A DNA stretch of 64,000 bases from an uncultured virus (IMG/VR IMGVR_UViG_3300007512_000010). Lineage: Duplodnaviria > Heunggongvirae > Uroviricota > Caudoviricetes. Numbering within the stretch: position 1 is the first letter of the stretch; every line of letters begins with the position of its first letter. A program made the translations under genes and the position numbers. The stretch lies in the IMG/VR virus record IMGVR_UViG_3300007512_000010, positions 1-64,000 of that record, one strand, 5' to 3'. Positions 8,041-16,700 of this stretch are shown here, piece by piece. The notes under the pieces were generated by a model, which did not search any database, was not told the DNA's origin, and was given only the letters and a program-made list of their open reading frames with translations.

Positions 8041-11000
8041 ATGGCTAATGTTCAGTTTTCGTGGCAGAACGTCTCCGAAGGCGTTGCTGATATTTACTAT
8101 GTCAGCGACACCGAGATGGGGTCGTTCTTATTAAAAGTACAGAACGTCACCCTTACGTCTGCTGCCGGTGGAGCAGTCTACGATAATATCGAAGACTCTG
8201 GTGTCGATGTACAAAGCACCCTTATCAGGGTTATGGACAACTCTGCACAGGGGCAGACCATTCCGAAAACGGATGGGGCCAGTCAACACTTTATACGACT
8301 CAATTTTACGCCTGATAGCGGTGCTACAGACATTTGCTTTATGGGTGATTCGTCGTCTGCGGCTACCCCTGGAGGTGAGTCCAGCTTCACTATCTCCTAC
8401 GGCCAAAGTGGAGGGGAGTTTTGTGCGTCTTGGGAGGGTGCGAACGCTAACCCTGACCCCACTGCAATCATCACTGCGCCTACGGCGGGTGCTAGCATTT
8501 CGTCTGGAAGCCCCTTAGGCTTCGATGGTTCAAGCTCCCATGACATGAATGGGGCCACAACGAATCTGAGCTATGCTTGGACTTTCGGTGATGGTGGGAC
8601 GTCAGCCGCTGCTACTGGAAACCACACCTATACATCTGCTGGTGACTACACCATATCCCTGACTGTTACTGACCTTGAGTTAAGCACAACAAACACTGCC
8701 CAAGTAAACATAACTGTTGCCGCTCTAGATTACAGCATCGCCGGTAGTGTTACTCCCAACGACAGTAAGGCTACCTTTTCGATCACTATTGGGGCTGATG
8801 TAGACCATGCCCATATTAACGTTTACAACAGCGATGGTGAGCATTTAGGCAATTACCATGTCGGGCAGACAGGGGAGTGGTCGGCAAACCTCTCCTATGA
8901 GGTTGAGGTAGGTTACGGAACCTTTACCGCGCAGCTTATCCCCACCAACGGTGAGCATCAGGTACTGGGCGACGACATTGAGAATCTTAGCTGGGACCAG
9001 GGCTCAGCCCCTGACGACGTAGCCCCGGTAATCACCCTTACCCACGGTGGTGAAATTTGGTACCAGAAGATTGGGACCGCTTTCAGTGAGCCTGGGTTTA
9101 CCGCAACGGATAACGTAGACGGCGATATTACCGGCGACGTTACGGTTACTGGTTGGGCAGATGGGTCGTCCCCGGCTGGAGATTACTCTGTAAAGTACAA
9201 CGTATCTGATGCCGCTGGTAATGCTGCTACACAGCAAATCCGTAACCTTACGGTCCACTCAGAACCCTCTGTGGATCAAGTAAACACCCAAATCCATGCT
9301 AGCCACATAAGGATTATTGAGGATTGGGATCCGGGAAGTGTCAACGCATACACCATCGTACTTAAAAATAGCGATGGCGGTGAAGTCGCTACTGAGAACA
9401 ACGCAACCGTAGAAAACGGCAACAATATCGATCTGGCTGATAAGCCGATTGGTAACTACACCGTAGACGTCATCCTCAATGTGTCTGCGGAACACCCACA
9501 GCACGACACGGCAGTCCTTCAGTGGACTACCGAGATTATGTGGGCAGGCGTTGTGGACTACACGGTCAGTGTGTCGCATGTCCAAAGCGGTGACGCGACC
9601 ACATTTACGTTTGTCAGAGCTAATGACAATGCCGACTACTCCGGTGGTGATGGTGTAAACCACGTTCACTGGATTTTGTCCGACCAAGAAGCGCAGGGCC
9701 ACGGTCACGAGGCCGGTGTCACGATGATTTACTTCGCACAGTACGCTTTAAGCGCCAGTGTAGAAGTAACCAGTGGGTACGGTGACCATAGGCTCACGTA
9801 TTACGCTGTCGATGGCTCTCACAACATGCTGGGCGATCAGCTTCAGTATGACTATGACGCTGGGGTAGAGAACCAACCCCCAGTTCTTTCACCTATTGGT
9901 GGTTTTCCCAATTACATCCTGAATTGGCATGCGTCAGACAGCTACGTAGACCCAGGGGCTACCGCTGTAGACGGCGAAGGCCATGACATTAGCAACTTCG
10001 TCGCTGTTAGTGGAGACATTCCTACGCTGGATAGGGCGGGTACATACGATGTTATTTACACCGTTTGGGACCTAGACCACAGCCCGTGGGGTACTACTTC
10101 AACTGATGAAAATTGGGCTAATCGCTTATTAAGCGATACTACGACTAGAACTGTACATGTTTCACTGTCCAAGCCAACGGTTTCTGCCGCAGCGGATGCA
10201 AACGACCCACAGGGTAAGATTAACGTTTCATATGTGCATGGTGAGTCTTGGGATGATGGCGATCATGCAGACGGTAATGGTGAGCCGAGCCTAGCGGACA
10301 TCTACCGTAAGAAGAACGTAACATGGCCCTATGACGCAGCTAATGATCCAGGGTGGGACTTAGTTGCTTCTGCGAACGCAGGGTCTTCGGGTACTGAAGG
10401 GAATCCCGTTGTATGGGTGGATACGGATGTAAATCCGGGTTGGACGCTCACCTATATGGTGAAGTCCCGGAGTGACGACTATCAGACATCTGAAGAATCA
10501 GATCCGAGCACACCTGTACAGATCCCGCCTGATCAAGCCCCCGTGTTTGAGTTCACAGCGGGAACGAGCGAAACCCTCGACAAGCAGGCAAATGGTACGT
10601 GGGCTACTCCTTCTGATCCGCCGTGGTCGGCTACTGACCCGGAGGGGTACACCAACTTTACGCTACACACCTCGTACTCAGGACCAGACACAGGGAACCC
10701 TAATTACCCATCAGAGACTGGGCCTGTATTTGGCACACACTCGTTCACGTACTGGGTAACGGAGGACACCAACGGGACCGCTTCTAATCAAGAGGTGTAC
10801 ACACTGTCCCTTATCGATCTTCAACTAGAGGTGGCCACTGGCCCCACAGTCGATGATTCGAGCCTCCCAGCATCAGTAGATTTCACTATCAACGTCGGTC
10901 AAAGCATTGATGGCTGGTTGATGACAATTTACGCCGAAGATGGCGTAACAGAAGTAGATTCGATTGGCGGGACCAATTGGCTGCAGGGGATCGCCCTGGC

Positions 11001-14000
11001 CTTCGATATTACCTCGCCAGGAGAGTACAGTTACATACTCACTGGTACCGGGAATAACTCAAGCGTAGCTGGTGGTACAGGCACGTTCACCGTTAACGCT
11101 GCCGCACTTGAGTTTCACAGCGTTGCGGTTACATCCGACGCCCTTCCTTGGTCGATGGCTAATGTTCGCTGGGGACTGCATGATGGGACCAGTTTGCCCT
11201 CTGACATGCGGGTACAGATTGAGCGAAAGACTGGGTTAGACGGTAATTGGACGGCGATTACCAGTAACCAGATGCCCGATGCAGGGGGTTTAAATGGTAG
11301 TACTGGAACTGGCTACTATGACGAGGGATTAACTCCAGCAACTACGTACTATTATCGATTAATATTCGTAGACACCGAAGGGACACAGAGCAGTTACTCT
11401 GTAGAGGTTGAATACGCCACTATTGCAATCCCCAACCTTGCAACAGCAGACGTAAATACCCGTGGAAAGGTACACCCAGAGTTAACTATTACTGGGGCTG
11501 AAGTTCACGATTGGTACTGGACAACAGAGGCTGTTGCTTCACCAGAACTACGGACCAAGGCCGATTGGGACGCAGACGCTAATGCTCACCATGTTTCACA
11601 GGGTACATGGGGAGTCGTTATGGACCACCTAGGCGCGGGCGCAGGCTCGTCTACAGGTGATCATGCCCCTGGCGCGTATACAGTAATTATTGCTGGCTTT
11701 TGGCATGATGGAACGCCACTAACCCCGAACATGGACCCAGGGAACAATACGGTTTTAGTTGTTCCGTACAATGTGTTTAGGGGCGGAGCCGCTGTTACCT
11801 CTGAGTTTACTTCAAATTTTGAGGTTGAGATTACAGTTACAGAGCCTAACGACTCCTTTGATTGGAGCGGGGTACGCTGGTCTACCCAATCTCCTGTTGG
11901 GGCCGGTCTATCTGATTGGCCAGGAACGTCATACTCATCATGGGGATCGGCATCTTCCGATGGGGCTATCGTAGCCCCAGACCCAGGTGGAACGGGCTCG
12001 GTTACTTATTATGTTGTTCCTGTAAGTGACGAGAACGATGAACGGATCGACGCTGTCTACACCACAACTATCTATAGGTGGTCTGGTCTTAATGGGGTTA
12101 ACGTTACCGTGTCTGGTAATAACCTTAGCGATAACAATGTAACGGCCACCGTTTCTCCAAGCCCAGGGTACGGGCCGCAATGGAGGTACTCCACCGAGTC
12201 GGCTCCTCCAGCAAACAGTTCTCTCAGTAATTGGGGGACACCGGTTACTGACGGAAACACAGTTACGTTTACCAGAAGAAGTCCTGGCGGGGCTACGTTA
12301 TGGGCGCACGCATGTTTCCCAGACGGAACTCCAATTGGCTCGACTATGTCGACCTCTTTTACAGTTTCACTTGCGCCCTACACAGGTTTGACGGACTTAA
12401 CATTTGCTATTGGTGGTGATGACGGAGGCGTAACCCTACAGGCACACGGGTACTTCCCCCAATGGCGGTACTACATTGGGGTACTCCCGATATGGACTGA
12501 GTATGGCCAGCCTATGGCTGGTGATATGGGCGGAACTCCCGTAGACGAAGATCCGGCAATTACTCCTGATGGGCCACCTAGTGAGGTTGGTATTACTGTT
12601 GAGGTAAACAAGCGGGTTGTCATTATTGGTATTGCTACGGATGGCACGCAGCAACAACACATTGTAGGAAAGCCCCTGATTCGGGTCTTGCACATCGCAA
12701 ACAGGACTGCTGCTGAAGAGTGGAAGGTTCGAAATAACAATAGGGCTGATTTCGATGGAAACGATATCCCTGTAGCTGTCCTTAACTCTAAAGAGGTCGA
12801 TGAAAACGGACAACCCACCAAAACTGTCGTCAGCACTACGCTAGACAGGCTGTCTGACGCACTCCCGTGGTGGAGCAGTAAGGGGCTTACGTCAAACGAT
12901 ATGGGCAATTTCTTTGTCCCCGGTGCCAGCACCGAGACCCTCAGAACGGTTGAGAATCTAACTTGGTTGATGCCAAGGGTGTCTGGCCTTGCAGTGAGGC
13001 TCGACGATGACGGGAACGAGATGGGTGTCCGAAACAGGACATTTATTGATTGGGCTAATGATGACGGCGTTACTGCACACATGGGAGTAGACATCAGTGC
13101 TGAGTTGGCTAGTAATTTTGCTGGCGTGGATGACGCACTAGCTACCGTGATCAACGCAGATTTTGGTACGACAATCACCACTATGAAGGACGTCGTAACC
13201 GCTACGGCTGCGATTGACTTGACTGGTAGCTCTACTGGTACAGAAAAATGGCCTGACCGCTTCGTAAAGGAGCGCGTCAAACAACTCAGATACGTCGGGG
13301 CTCTCAATAAGGATACTTACGATGGTCTTCTCTATGGAGCACGCGTGCTCAAACCCAGTACTGATGGGATTAATGCGGACGGGACTGTAGGCGCTGACTT
13401 TACAATCCCTTGGAAGCGTGCCGATATCAGCGAGTGGTACCCAGAGGCTTCCGCCACCATAACGGCGGGTAACCATACTCTTGGTAACGCTAGGGATTTG
13501 GGTGGAAGGATTACCGGCAAGGACGCCTACGAAAAAGGGTATATCTACCCGAAGTTACGTCACGACGGGTATGTAGACCAAGACAACTTCCACAAAAGAG
13601 CCCCGAAGTTTCCCGTAACGAACTTTGTGCGCCCCGACACAGGAATGAACAGAACCCCACCACGGACACCCCAGCAGGGTAATCGTGTGCTGGATATGCT
13701 TAATGATAGAGCCTCTGGCAAGTTCGGGTTTGATACACCAAAGACACCGTCTGAGTTTCTTTCTGACAACGTTCCGGCTGATGCTACCGCTCTTGCTTTC
13801 TTAACTGGCCCAACGCTTATTGTGGACTACACGGGCAGTGGTGACATTATTGAGAAAGTCTCCGACCCAAAAATGACTTTGTTCATTCGCTGGTCGACCA
13901 AGACAGACGATATGGTTCCTTTAGAGATCCTGGCCCGTTACTTGGAATACGGGAACGCTGTTACGGAAGAAACCCTGCAGGCCATCTATGATCTAGAGGT

Positions 14001-14103
14001 TACAGAGGACGTCACCGTACAGGGTACCGGTAGGAATCGTACCGAGTGGAAAAACACTATTACTGATTTTGCCGCGATTATCGGCGTAAATCTAACTACC
14101 TAG
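8041..14103 (+). CDS. Giant (2020 aa) acidic Ig-like/adhesin-type protein with PKD, DUF5011/HYR-like and FN3-like domains; probable virion surface protein
   Basis: PKD: PTAIIT...FDGSSSHD...YAWTFGDG...HTYTSAGDYTISLTVTD. DUF5011-like: APVITL...EPGFTATDNVDGDITGDV...YNVSDAAGNAA, with a second copy at YVDPGATAVDGEGHDIS. FN3-like: YYDEGLTPATTYYYRL. No signal peptide evident. Confidence 0.7.
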   Translation: MANVQFSWQNVSEGVADIYYVSDTEMGSFLLKVQNVTLTSAAGGAVYDNIEDSGVDVQSTLIRVMDNSAQGQTIPKTDGASQHFIRLNFTPDSGATDICFMGDSSSAATPGGESSFTISYGQSGGEFCASWEGANANPDPTAIITAPTAGASISSGSPLGFDGSSSHDMNGATTNLSYAWTFGDGGTSAAATGNHTYTSAGDYTISLTVTDLELSTTNTAQVNITVAALDYSIAGSVTPNDSKATFSITIGADVDHAHINVYNSDGEHLGNYHVGQTGEWSANLSYEVEVGYGTFTAQLIPTNGEHQVLGDDIENLSWDQGSAPDDVAPVITLTHGGEIWYQKIGTAFSEPGFTATDNVDGDITGDVTVTGWADGSSPAGDYSVKYNVSDAAGNAATQQIRNLTVHSEPSVDQVNTQIHASHIRIIEDWDPGSVNAYTIVLKNSDGGEVATENNATVENGNNIDLADKPIGNYTVDVILNVSAEHPQHDTAVLQWTTEIMWAGVVDYTVSVSHVQSGDATTFTFVRANDNADYSGGDGVNHVHWILSDQEAQGHGHEAGVTMIYFAQYALSASVEVTSGYGDHRLTYYAVDGSHNMLGDQLQYDYDAGVENQPPVLSPIGGFPNYILNWHASDSYVDPGATAVDGEGHDISNFVAVSGDIPTLDRAGTYDVIYTVWDLDHSPWGTTSTDENWANRLLSDTTTRTVHVSLSKPTVSAAADANDPQGKINVSYVHGESWDDGDHADGNGEPSLADIYRKKNVTWPYDAANDPGWDLVASANAGSSGTEGNPVVWVDTDVNPGWTLTYMVKSRSDDYQTSEESDPSTPVQIPPDQAPVFEFTAGTSETLDKQANGTWATPSDPPWSATDPEGYTNFTLHTSYSGPDTGNPNYPSETGPVFGTHSFTYWVTEDTNGTASNQEVYTLSLIDLQLEVATGPTVDDSSLPASVDFTINVGQSIDGWLMTIYAEDGVTEVDSIGGTNWLQGIALAFDITSPGEYSYILTGTGNNSSVAGGTGTFTVNAAALEFHSVAVTSDALPWSMANVRWGLHDGTSLPSDMRVQIERKTGLDGNWTAITSNQMPDAGGLNGSTGTGYYDEGLTPATTYYYRLIFVDTEGTQSSYSVEVEYATIAIPNLATADVNTRGKVHPELTITGAEVHDWYWTTEAVASPELRTKADWDADANAHHVSQGTWGVVMDHLGAGAGSSTGDHAPGAYTVIIAGFWHDGTPLTPNMDPGNNTVLVVPYNVFRGGAAVTSEFTSNFEVEITVTEPNDSFDWSGVRWSTQSPVGAGLSDWPGTSYSSWGSASSDGAIVAPDPGGTGSVTYYVVPVSDENDERIDAVYTTTIYRWSGLNGVNVTVSGNNLSDNNVTATVSPSPGYGPQWRYSTESAPPANSSLSNWGTPVTDGNTVTFTRRSPGGATLWAHACFPDGTPIGSTMSTSFTVSLAPYTGLTDLTFAIGGDDGGVTLQAHGYFPQWRYYIGVLPIWTEYGQPMAGDMGGTPVDEDPAITPDGPPSEVGITVEVNKRVVIIGIATDGTQQQHIVGKPLIRVLHIANRTAAEEWKVRNNNRADFDGNDIPVAVLNSKEVDENGQPTKTVVSTTLDRLSDALPWWSSKGLTSNDMGNFFVPGASTETLRTVENLTWLMPRVSGLAVRLDDDGNEMGVRNRTFIDWANDDGVTAHMGVDISAELASNFAGVDDALATVINADFGTTITTMKDVVTATAAIDLTGSSTGTEKWPDRFVKERVKQLRYVGALNKDTYDGLLYGARVLKPSTDGINADGTVGADFTIPWKRADISEWYPEASATITAGNHTLGNARDLGGRITGKDAYEKGYIYPKLRHDGYVDQDNFHKRAPKFPVTNFVRPDTGMNRTPPRTPQQGNRVLDMLNDRASGKFGFDTPKTPSEFLSDNVPADATALAFLTGPTLIVDYTGSGDIIEKVSDPKMTLFIRWSTKTDDMVPLEILARYLEYGNAVTEETLQAIYDLEVTEDVTVQGTGRNRTEWKNTITDFAAIIGVNLTT

Positions 14104-14136
14104 TTATTACAACGTAATTTATGAGGAATATTTTAA

Positions 14137-14247
14137 ATGATGCACTTTATTCATACACGGATGGGACGCGATGACGTCTTCTTCCTAAAGATCCTTATGG
14201 GGTCTTTTATCGCTCACGCCGTTCTCTATTTTGGGTTTGCCGTATGA
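14137..14247 (+). CDS. Small 36-aa hydrophobic protein (not in ORF track)
   Basis: MMHFIHTRMGRDDVFFLKILMGSFIAHAVLYFGFAV*; GAGG upstream; stop overlaps the next ATG (ATGA). Confidence 0.5.
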   Translation: MMHFIHTRMGRDDVFFLKILMGSFIAHAVLYFGFAV

Positions 14248-14600
14248 TCAAACTGGCGTTCATAGTCGCTGTACTAGCCTTTATCCCTGATGGATGTGCT
14301 TCTTATGAAGAGTCTCTTCATGCAGATGCACAGTGTCTTTCGTGGGATTGTGAGTATGGGTGCGGCTGTGAACTCTTTGTGGATCGGTCTGTACCCGAGT
14401 ACGACGGACAGTCATGGCACGAGCGTTATGTGGAAGACCACTGTAATGCGTGCCCAGAGTGCTGCACTAATATGGCTGACGAGGCTGTGTTCTGTACCTC
14501 TGATGTTTGCCCCGGAGTTGCCTGCCCTTGTGTAGAGGGCCTTGACGGGGAGTGGACAATTAACGCCACACTCAGTTTTGACGATTCGGAGGAACCATGA
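14244..14600 (+). CDS. Cys-rich secreted or lipoprotein-like protein
   Basis: N-terminal MIKLAFIVAVLAFIPDGC is signal- or lipobox-like; many Cys in an acidic body. Confidence 0.6.
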   Translation: MIKLAFIVAVLAFIPDGCASYEESLHADAQCLSWDCEYGCGCELFVDRSVPEYDGQSWHERYVEDHCNACPECCTNMADEAVFCTSDVCPGVACPCVEGLDGEWTINATLSFDDSEEP

Positions 14601-14782
14601 AACCTGATTTGCTTAGCCCCTCAACACTCATCGCTATGCGCGAAGAGTTTGAAAATATTTGGACTAAGGAGGCAGCGGAAGTCTCCAAGAAGGTGGCTTT
14701 TGCAAAAAAAGCATCCCTTATTAGTGCTAATATATCCACTGAATCCACTAATATAAGGCAAGCCAGTGTCCCACGTCCTTAG
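14597..14782 (+). CDS. Small protein with several K-x-A motifs
   Basis: MREEFENIWTKEAAEVSKKVAFAKKAS; ATGA overlap with the upstream gene. Confidence 0.55.
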   Translation: MKPDLLSPSTLIAMREEFENIWTKEAAEVSKKVAFAKKASLISANISTESTNIRQASVPRP

Positions 14783-14838
14783 CGACCTTCCTCCCTACAT
14801 AACCCAACTCATAGGATTGGGTACGGAGGTGAGTCGCT

Positions 14839-14961
14839 ATGAACGGTGCGATAATAGTTCTCTTATGTGTAGCAATAGCGTTGCTGTACTGGGAGATGCA
14901 TTTAGAAGAAAAGAAACAGAAGAGTAAGAGCAAGCCTAGGAGAAGAAATAGATGGCCATAG
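14839..14961 (+). CDS. Small 40-aa membrane protein with N-terminal TM helix and basic tail (not in ORF track)
   Basis: MNGAIIVLLCVAIALLYWEMHLEEKKQKSKSKPRRRNRWP*; GGAGGT SD upstream. Confidence 0.6.
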   Translation: MNGAIIVLLCVAIALLYWEMHLEEKKQKSKSKPRRRNRWP

Positions 14962-16691
14962 TCTTAATAGAACCTGATCCATTTATCGGTCTAGGCTCCG
15001 AGGTCGTTTCCTATATCCCCGATTACAGGAATGATAGTGGAGACACGTCAGGCATAAAGGCTGACATAGCCCAAGACACTTTTGGGTTTAACGCCGAAGA
15101 GATCCAGGCTGTTTCTAGGCCCCTTAATGGTATCGCTGTAAAGCCGAATACCCATGCTTTCGTGCAGGTTATTAAGTCTGATAAAACCGTTGTAAAGGTC
15201 TTTAACCAATTAGGCCTACCCGCGTTGTACGCTCAGTCAGGTGAGGGGGTGACTAGTGATGGTATTCAGGAGCTTTTGAAAGGGGGAACAGGCACGCACA
15301 GGCTACACGCAGGTGGCAAAGGCTCGGGCCTTGGGCAGAGCGGCCGTATCGGTGACGCCATAGCGATGAACGCCCGCCTCGCTGCCCAGTCCGGTGGTGA
15401 CAGCACGAAGATTAATTCAGCGAGCGGTATGGGTATCGATGCTGAGGGAAACCCGGCAGCGTCGGCGTGGACAGACTGGATTCTTCAGGGTGTCCGAGAA
15501 GCCCGTATGGAGAAGACCCAGGTCGTAGAGACCTTTGGTGATAGCTACTTGTACGCCTTCGGTGAGAAGCCGAGGGTTCTGGCGTTTCAGGGGCTCTTGA
15601 TGAATAGCGCCGATTACAATTGGCGGGCGGTGTTCTGGGAGAACTGGGATAAGTTCTTTCGGGCGTCCAAGCTTATCCAGATGGATGCTCGAATCTACAT
15701 TGGTTGGGAAGACATCATTGTTGAGGGTTACCCGCTCTCGGCTAACTGCCAAGAGTCGGCACAGAGCCCCAATGCCATGCAGTTTTCGTTCAATTTATAC
15801 GTAACGAACTACTTTAATATGTCCATGGCCAATCGTAGAACGATGGCCTCTCGATCAAAATTGTACTCTTTGGGGATGTCCCGAAGCAGGCCACAAGGCA
15901 CGGATGTCTTCGAAGCTACGTTAACGGATAAACGCTTCTCTACCTACGAGAACATCCTTGGCGCTAACGCAACAGGGTCGTTTTGGGGGAAGCTCGACAA
16001 CGTATCCAGCGATGGCTACGTTCTGGATGCCGATGGGAATAAGACCGATGAGAAGTTGGATGAGTGGCAATTGCTTGGGATACGGTCTGCTAAGAAGGTG
16101 GCGAGCATGGCCACGAAGGTTGCCTCTGGAGCACACATCAGTACGGGAGGCTCCCAGCTACTTAGTTTTTTGAACGCTAACCTTTTGCAGCTTGGTTATG
16201 ACGCAGCCAAGACTGCTTGGAAGGTTGCTGAGGATAAATTAGACAAGGGATGGGGGCCTTTTAGCTCATCGTCCGACTTTAACGCTTGGTTTGGGTACGC
16301 CGGGAACGTAGTTAACAACATCATGGACCAAACCAGTGGCCGTTGGGATGGTACTCGAACGGACTTCGGCGGCGTAGGCAGTAGCCTTTTGGACATGTTC
16401 CGTATGGGGAGCATGGACCGGATTGTCCAAAGGATGTCTTACCAAACGGTTGGTCTACTCGGAATCCCATCCGGTCGCGCACGGGCTTCAACGCTTAGCA
16501 ACGACAATACATCTTCTTTTGAAGCGTGGCCTGGGGCGGCAACCATTATTCACGAACAGACCCCTGATTTTGGGTCTAGTACAGTAGACCTTTCTTCGCT
16601 GTCTGATGCCTTAGACACAGATGTTACTGGGGCGGATCAAGATGCGGATCCACTTGCGGACCCCTTCGGGTTAATTGGGTTATTTGCGTAG
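14952..16691 (+). CDS. Putative tail/baseplate structural protein
   Basis: Core WILQGVREARMEKTQVVETFGDSYLYAFGEKPRVLAFQGLL...IIVEGY...MQFSFNLYV resembles tail-tube/hub-fold proteins; lies directly upstream of the hub-like gene. Confidence 0.5.
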   Translation: MAIVLIEPDPFIGLGSEVVSYIPDYRNDSGDTSGIKADIAQDTFGFNAEEIQAVSRPLNGIAVKPNTHAFVQVIKSDKTVVKVFNQLGLPALYAQSGEGVTSDGIQELLKGGTGTHRLHAGGKGSGLGQSGRIGDAIAMNARLAAQSGGDSTKINSASGMGIDAEGNPAASAWTDWILQGVREARMEKTQVVETFGDSYLYAFGEKPRVLAFQGLLMNSADYNWRAVFWENWDKFFRASKLIQMDARIYIGWEDIIVEGYPLSANCQESAQSPNAMQFSFNLYVTNYFNMSMANRRTMASRSKLYSLGMSRSRPQGTDVFEATLTDKRFSTYENILGANATGSFWGKLDNVSSDGYVLDADGNKTDEKLDEWQLLGIRSAKKVASMATKVASGAHISTGGSQLLSFLNANLLQLGYDAAKTAWKVAEDKLDKGWGPFSSSSDFNAWFGYAGNVVNNIMDQTSGRWDGTRTDFGGVGSSLLDMFRMGSMDRIVQRMSYQTVGLLGIPSGRARASTLSNDNTSSFEAWPGAATIIHEQTPDFGSSTVDLSSLSDALDTDVTGADQDADPLADPFGLIGLFA

Positions 16692-16700
16692 GGGTTTATA

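Noticed and set aside
14719..14753. Inverted repeat TATTAGTG/CACTAATA with short direct repeats
   Set aside because: An 8-bp AT-rich stem with a long loop inside a small ORF; compatible with chance.
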